Shown: positions 60,884-64,000 of the stretch, one piece after another
Position numbering within the stretch: the first letter of the stretch is position 1
Layout: each line of letters begins with the position of its first letter
Virus record (IMG/VR): IMGVR_UViG_3300045988_176028
Length of the DNA stretch: 64,000 nucleotides
Strand: one strand, 5' to 3'
DNA from: a virus
Notes under the pieces: model-generated
Seen by the model: only the letters and a program-made list of their open reading frames with translations
What the model was told of the DNA's origin: nothing
Database searches by the model: none
Made by a program: the position numbers and the translations under genes

Positions 60884-61506
60884 ACTTTCTGCTCCTTTCC
60901 CTTGTCGGCCATCAGTGCGACGGCCAACCATGCCGGTAGTGGTGTATTCTGTAATTTCTGTGCTTCCTTCCGGGTTTCAGCCACGCGAAGGAACGGCTCC
61001 TTGTCTTCGGTGAGCATGTCGCCCGCCATTTTGACCGTTTTTTTCGAAGTGGATAGAAGCTGTTCGGCCTTCTGGTCTCCGCCCCTCCACATGACTTGGA
61101 ATCTAAGAGTTGCCCACAACCATGGATTGTCCCAAGAGTCCTTCGGAATATCGTTAGCCGCGAACAAGTGGAGCAAATGTCGGACACGTCGGGTCAGGCT
61201 GGCTTTGCTTGCGGAATATTTGCCGCGTTTGGAACCAGAGAGGAACGCTTTCATTCCTGTGTCGAACGCGTCTGGATTGGTGTGTTGGAGCACGCTCCCG
61301 GACAGGATGGTGTCGTTCACGGTTTCGGCGCTGGTCAGATGCCATCCGTGGCAGACGGGGCAATGGTATGCGCGTTTCTCAGTGTGTTTCGGATTTCCTC
61401 GTCCTTTGATGACGGCCAAGGCGAGTTGGGCTTCCTTTTGGTTGGGGTAACGCACTTTGTTTCGGTTGAGAGTGCATTTACCTGCGGTCTTGTATAAGCT
61501 GTGCAT
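60880..61506 (-). CDS. Hypothetical protein (208 aa) with N-terminal CPVCHGWH zinc knuckle
   Basis: Intact ORF with SD AGAGGAGA. YPNQKEAQLAL...AYHCPVCHGWHLTS motif. Confidence 0.6.
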   Translation of the reverse strand: MHSLYKTAGKCTLNRNKVRYPNQKEAQLALAVIKGRGNPKHTEKRAYHCPVCHGWHLTSAETVNDTILSGSVLQHTNPDAFDTGMKAFLSGSKRGKYSASKASLTRRVRHLLHLFAANDIPKDSWDNPWLWATLRFQVMWRGGDQKAEQLLSTSKKTVKMAGDMLTEDKEPFLRVAETRKEAQKLQNTPLPAWLAVALMADKGKEQKV

Positions 61507-61528
61507 GATGTCCGTCTCCTCTTACTGT

Positions 61529-61606
61529 TCAGCAAAAGGAAGTAGTAATACGGCAGTATTCCAATCCCAATCGTGCATGAGTTCGTATGGGTCGATGTTT
61601 TTTCAT
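61529..61606 (-). CDS. Possible 25-aa leader peptide (MKKHRPIRTHARLGLEYCRITTSFC)
   Basis: AAGGAGAACACC-ATG lies 31 nt downstream of the box -10. Ends 22 nt before the next gene. Too short to score. Confidence 0.3.
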   Translation of the reverse strand: MKKHRPIRTHARLGLEYCRITTSFC

Positions 61607-61636
61607 GGTGTTCTCCTTTTTTGGAATGGTTTTTTA

Positions 61637-61655
61637 TGTGAACACCCCCAGTATA
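61637..61655 (-). promoter_or_regulatory. Box promoter copy (TATACTGGGGGTGTTCACA)
   Basis: Strong match. Heads the unit 61606-58422. Confidence 0.65.
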
Positions 61656-61678
61656 ACATAAACCATTAAAGAGGGCAA

Positions 61679-61939
61679 CTACCCCCTCTTCACAACCTTC
61701 GCACCATACTTATCAGCCCACTGACGAGCCAACGTCTTCGCCTGTTCCCTACAAGCACGACGACTGAAAGCCGCACTGAACGTATGAGAACGCTTCATAT
61801 CCCAAACCTTCCCATTCTCACTATCATGCCGACGATACAATACAACCTTCAAAGCGATGACGGAACCATACTTGTCCCGCACCTTCTCAATGACCACGAC
61901 CTTCTTGTTCTTGTGGCTTTTGTCGCTATGCTGGGACAT
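61679..61939 (-). CDS. Hypothetical basic protein (86 aa)
   Basis: Intact ORF with a GGAGGAGCC SD. Confidence 0.55.
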   Translation of the reverse strand: MSQHSDKSHKNKKVVVIEKVRDKYGSVIALKVVLYRRHDSENGKVWDMKRSHTFSAAFSRRACREQAKTLARQWADKYGAKVVKRG

Positions 61940-61979
61940 TCCGGCTCCTCCTAAAAAAGAAAAACAGCGAGCACAATAT

Positions 61980-62000
61980 TGTGCCCACTGTTCCAGTGTA
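61980..62000 (-). promoter_or_regulatory. Weak box relative (TACACTGGAACAGTGGGCACA)
   Basis: TACACTGGAA...CACA lies 41 nt upstream of the ATG at 61939. Confidence 0.35.
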
Positions 62001-62029
62001 ACAATAGAGATTTGGAAAACGCTAAGAAC

Positions 62030-62233
62030 TCAGTAATCCGACTCCAACCTCCGTGCGGCACCAAGCCCATGGTCGGTCAGCCTGATGCCCTCGTGTCCCA
62101 ACAGAGTACGCCAATAGTCGGCATACCCGTTATCTATAAGGGACATAGCCGCGTCCTGATTATGTTCGTTAACCTCCGCTAAGCGTCCACGATGGTATGC
62201 GTCGCAGAGGAGCCTTTCGGCTTTTTTATCCAA
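62030..62233 (-). CDS. Possible small protein (about 67 aa from TTG; start uncertain)
   Basis: The C-terminal part of the 139-aa ORF-track frame that is not overlapped by 62179-62748. GAAAGG lies 8 nt before the TTG at 62233. The internal ATG (MSLIDNGY) is an alternative. Confidence 0.3.
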   Translation of the reverse strand: MDKKAERLLCDAYHRGRLAEVNEHNQDAAMSLIDNGYADYWRTLLGHEGIRLTDHGLGAARRLESDY

Positions 62234-62748
62234 TGCATTCGCCTTTCGATATAATACGAGAACATGTACTTCCGACGCTCCCAGACCGGCGAATAAATCA
62301 CATACTTGATGGTGTCCGTATCCCGCAGGATGACGCTGATTTCGCCAACACTGTCCCGTTGGATGAACTGCACGATACCTCGAACGGTTAGAGAACGCCG
62401 ACTCAATAATATCCGGTCGCCAAGCTGAATTCGCTGCCCAACGAAACAATCATCTAATTCGGTCAGCAGTTCCGCACCGGTCTCGATGGACGAGTGGAAA
62501 CTGTTCAGCGGGTTACGGAGAAAACTTCCAACCTTACAGTTCCAGTCGCGCTGTGCGTCGTGCAAGGTTTGGAAGCCGACTCCGCCAGATGTTTGCAAAC
62601 CATTATCCACTGGACAAAAGTGGGAGTATCCCCAACCTTTCGGCAGAAAATATTGCTCGTCGTCCCAAGTGCAGTGGAGTTCAGATTTAGCCCGATACTT
62701 AAATTCGGGAATGCTGTTACAGCATGGGCATGTAAGAAGGTTTCTCAC
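62179..62748 (-). CDS. Hypothetical protein (189 aa) with N-terminal CPCC cluster
   Basis: Intact ORF overlapping the stop of 62745-63002 by 4 nt. Confidence 0.6.
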   Translation of the reverse strand: MRNLLTCPCCNSIPEFKYRAKSELHCTWDDEQYFLPKGWGYSHFCPVDNGLQTSGGVGFQTLHDAQRDWNCKVGSFLRNPLNSFHSSIETGAELLTELDDCFVGQRIQLGDRILLSRRSLTVRGIVQFIQRDSVGEISVILRDTDTIKYVIYSPVWERRKYMFSYYIERRMHWIKKPKGSSATHTIVDA

Positions 62749-63002
62749 CCCAGTCCTTTCTGAGTCCTTAAGAGTTCGTCCAGTTTTTCCTCGATGCTTT
62801 CCAACCTCAAGCGCAACGCCTTCTGGCTTTCGTAGATGGCCGCAACCTCTCCTGAGACTTCGTAGAGGGTTTTGTTGCCATACATGTCATGCTTCTTGTC
62901 GGCCTGTTTCTCAAGCTTCGCTATCTCCCGCTCCCGTTGCGACGGCTTGCGTGATTTCAGATAGTCCCTGCATTCGGGACTGAACATGTCCTCGTATCCC
63001 AT
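62745..63002 (-). CDS. Hypothetical coiled-coil protein (85 aa)
   Basis: Starts directly after the stop of the exonuclease gene. Heptad-like KALRLRLESIEEKLDELL. Confidence 0.55.
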   Translation of the reverse strand: MGYEDMFSPECRDYLKSRKPSQREREIAKLEKQADKKHDMYGNKTLYEVSGEVAAIYESQKALRLRLESIEEKLDELLRTQKGLG

Positions 63003-63587
63003 TTAGCGGCCAAATTCCTCTCTGCGCATGGCTTCATACAGCATGTTTTCCTGAGTCGCGTCGGACAAGGCGCGATGCTCTTCCACGTCACCGATACCAT
63101 AGTCGCGGATAAGCACGGCAACCTTATGGCTTGGCTTTTCGGGATGGATTTTCCGGCTCATTTCCAACGTGTCCACGAACCGGTGTGGAAAGAAGAACAT
63201 TCCACCGTTCACGGTTTTCATGGCCGCGTCCAAGAAACTTAAATCGAATGACGCGTTATGCGCCATGATGATGGTTCGCGGGCCAAGCCACTTGTCGAAT
63301 CGGATGATGGCTTGGCTTACGTCGGGTTGTCCGATGACCATGCTGTCGTTGATTCCGGTGAGCGAGGTGATGTATTCGGGGATTGGCTGGTGTGGGTCAA
63401 TCAGTTGCTCGTATCGGTCTACGAGTTTTCCGTCATGGATTTTCACGGCTCCGATTTCGATGAGTTTAGCCCCGTTTTCGGGTTTGAAGCCGGTGGTTTC
63501 GGTATCCAAGACCACGTAATCGTAGAGTGGTGTTTTCATTGGGTCGATTCTTCTGGGGTCTCGACTTTGGTATTTGTCCCAGCTCAT
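63003..63587 (-). CDS. DnaQ-like DEDDh 3'-5' exonuclease (DNA Pol III epsilon family)
   Basis: ExoI VVLDTETTG, ExoII AHNASFDLSFL and ExoIII HRALSDA. Confidence 0.8.
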   Translation of the reverse strand: MSWDKYQSRDPRRIDPMKTPLYDYVVLDTETTGFKPENGAKLIEIGAVKIHDGKLVDRYEQLIDPHQPIPEYITSLTGINDSMVIGQPDVSQAIIRFDKWLGPRTIIMAHNASFDLSFLDAAMKTVNGGMFFFPHRFVDTLEMSRKIHPEKPSHKVAVLIRDYGIGDVEEHRALSDATQENMLYEAMRREEFGR

Positions 63588-63613
63588 GGTGTGGTCTCCT
63601 TGGATAAGTGAAT

Positions 63614-63634
63614 GTGTGGACGTTTCTAGTATAA
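63614..63634 (-). promoter_or_regulatory. Box promoter variant (TATACTAGAAACGTCCACACA)
   Basis: TATACT-N5-CGTCCACACA lies 42 nt upstream of the ATG at 63587. Confidence 0.55.
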
Positions 63635-63637
63635 CGC

Positions 63638-63907
63638 CTATTTGGTGATGGCCTTGACACGCCCGTCCAGAACTGTTCTTACGACATCCTCGAAGTCCGT
63701 GCCATCAGGCAATAAGTGGGAGTCTTGGAGGTTTCCGATAATCTCCACCAGTTCCGTATGCCCGTGCGGAGTGCGCTTATAGTCGCGGGTCGCACCCGCC
63801 TTGTATGCGCGACGCAACTGTAACGCCAACTGTTCCCGTGTGAGCGTGATGCAATCGCCTTCCTCGATGGGATACCGTTCTTCCAATTCCTCGTTGAGAA
63901 TGCTCAT
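63638..63907 (-). CDS. Hypothetical protein (89 aa)
   Basis: Intact ORF with an AAAGGAAAAACA SD region. No box was seen in the remaining 90 bp upstream. Confidence 0.55.
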   Translation of the reverse strand: MSILNEELEERYPIEEGDCITLTREQLALQLRRAYKAGATRDYKRTPHGHTELVEIIGNLQDSHLLPDGTDFEDVVRTVLDGRVKAITK

Positions 63908-64000
63908 TTTTTTTGTTTTTCCTTTCTGTTTTTTCAGACGTACATTCCCTCATGCCAGCCGTGTAGCAAACCCCATTCGGATAGTTTCCGGAACCATTTC

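Noticed and set aside
83-63634. Reading the box on the + strand (…TTCCAGTATA, one copy …CCCACTATA) as a T7/SP6-like single-subunit RNAP promoter firing rightwards.
   Set aside because: That orientation would transcribe antisense to every adjacent gene. The two copies that occur inverted (28958 and 39288) precede + strand genes, so the TATACT-first orientation is the functional one. No phage-type RNAP gene is seen in the window.

Overview
The window is a 64-kb, roughly 55-58% GC, gene-dense segment. About 70 of 76 called CDS lie on the minus strand. It reads as the backbone plus accessory regions of a large conjugative plasmid or ICE from a high-GC Gram-positive host. The AAGGAG-type SDs, LAxTG sorting signals and gene content are Bifidobacterium/actinobacterium-like, but I cannot verify this without a database search.

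Modules:
- 1-8.2 kb: an island of about 20 small ORFan genes in 8 separately promoted units.
- 8.27-8.9 kb: a YafQ/RelE-Phd type II toxin-antitoxin pair.
- 9.0-22.7 kb: two giant LAQTG-anchored surface proteins (2610 and 1338 aa) plus a 481-aa ORFan.
- 22.8-24.6 kb: a small operon that includes a tandem RusA-like protein.
- 24.87-27.17 kb: a replication module with an AT-rich stretch, 21-22 bp iterons and two tandem RepA-like genes.
- 27.2-30.2 kb: an XRE regulator and a PD-(D/E)XK nuclease, divergent from a DUF2815-like SSB.
- 30.3-46.8 kb: a Gram-positive type IV secretion/conjugation cluster. It holds a VirB4-like ATPase, three FtsK/HerA-like ATPases, a four-module peptidoglycan hydrolase, membrane proteins and an 894-aa repeat protein.
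- 46.9-50.4 kb: an IS200/IS605-family element (tnpA + tnpB) that has split a leucine-rich-repeat-variant (LRV) gene, next to its intact paralog.
- 52.06-53.65 kb: a tnpA-less TnpB element.
- 50.4-64 kb: a second island of small genes that includes an RNA ligase, an ATP-grasp protein, a DUF3310 protein and a DnaQ-like exonuclease.

The most striking non-genic signal is a 19-21 bp box, TATACTGGAATTGTTCACACA and variants. It recurs at least 23 times, always pointing into the downstream gene, and appears to be an element-wide promoter/operator/leader unit.

All domain calls come from motifs recognised by eye in the supplied translations. No searches were run.
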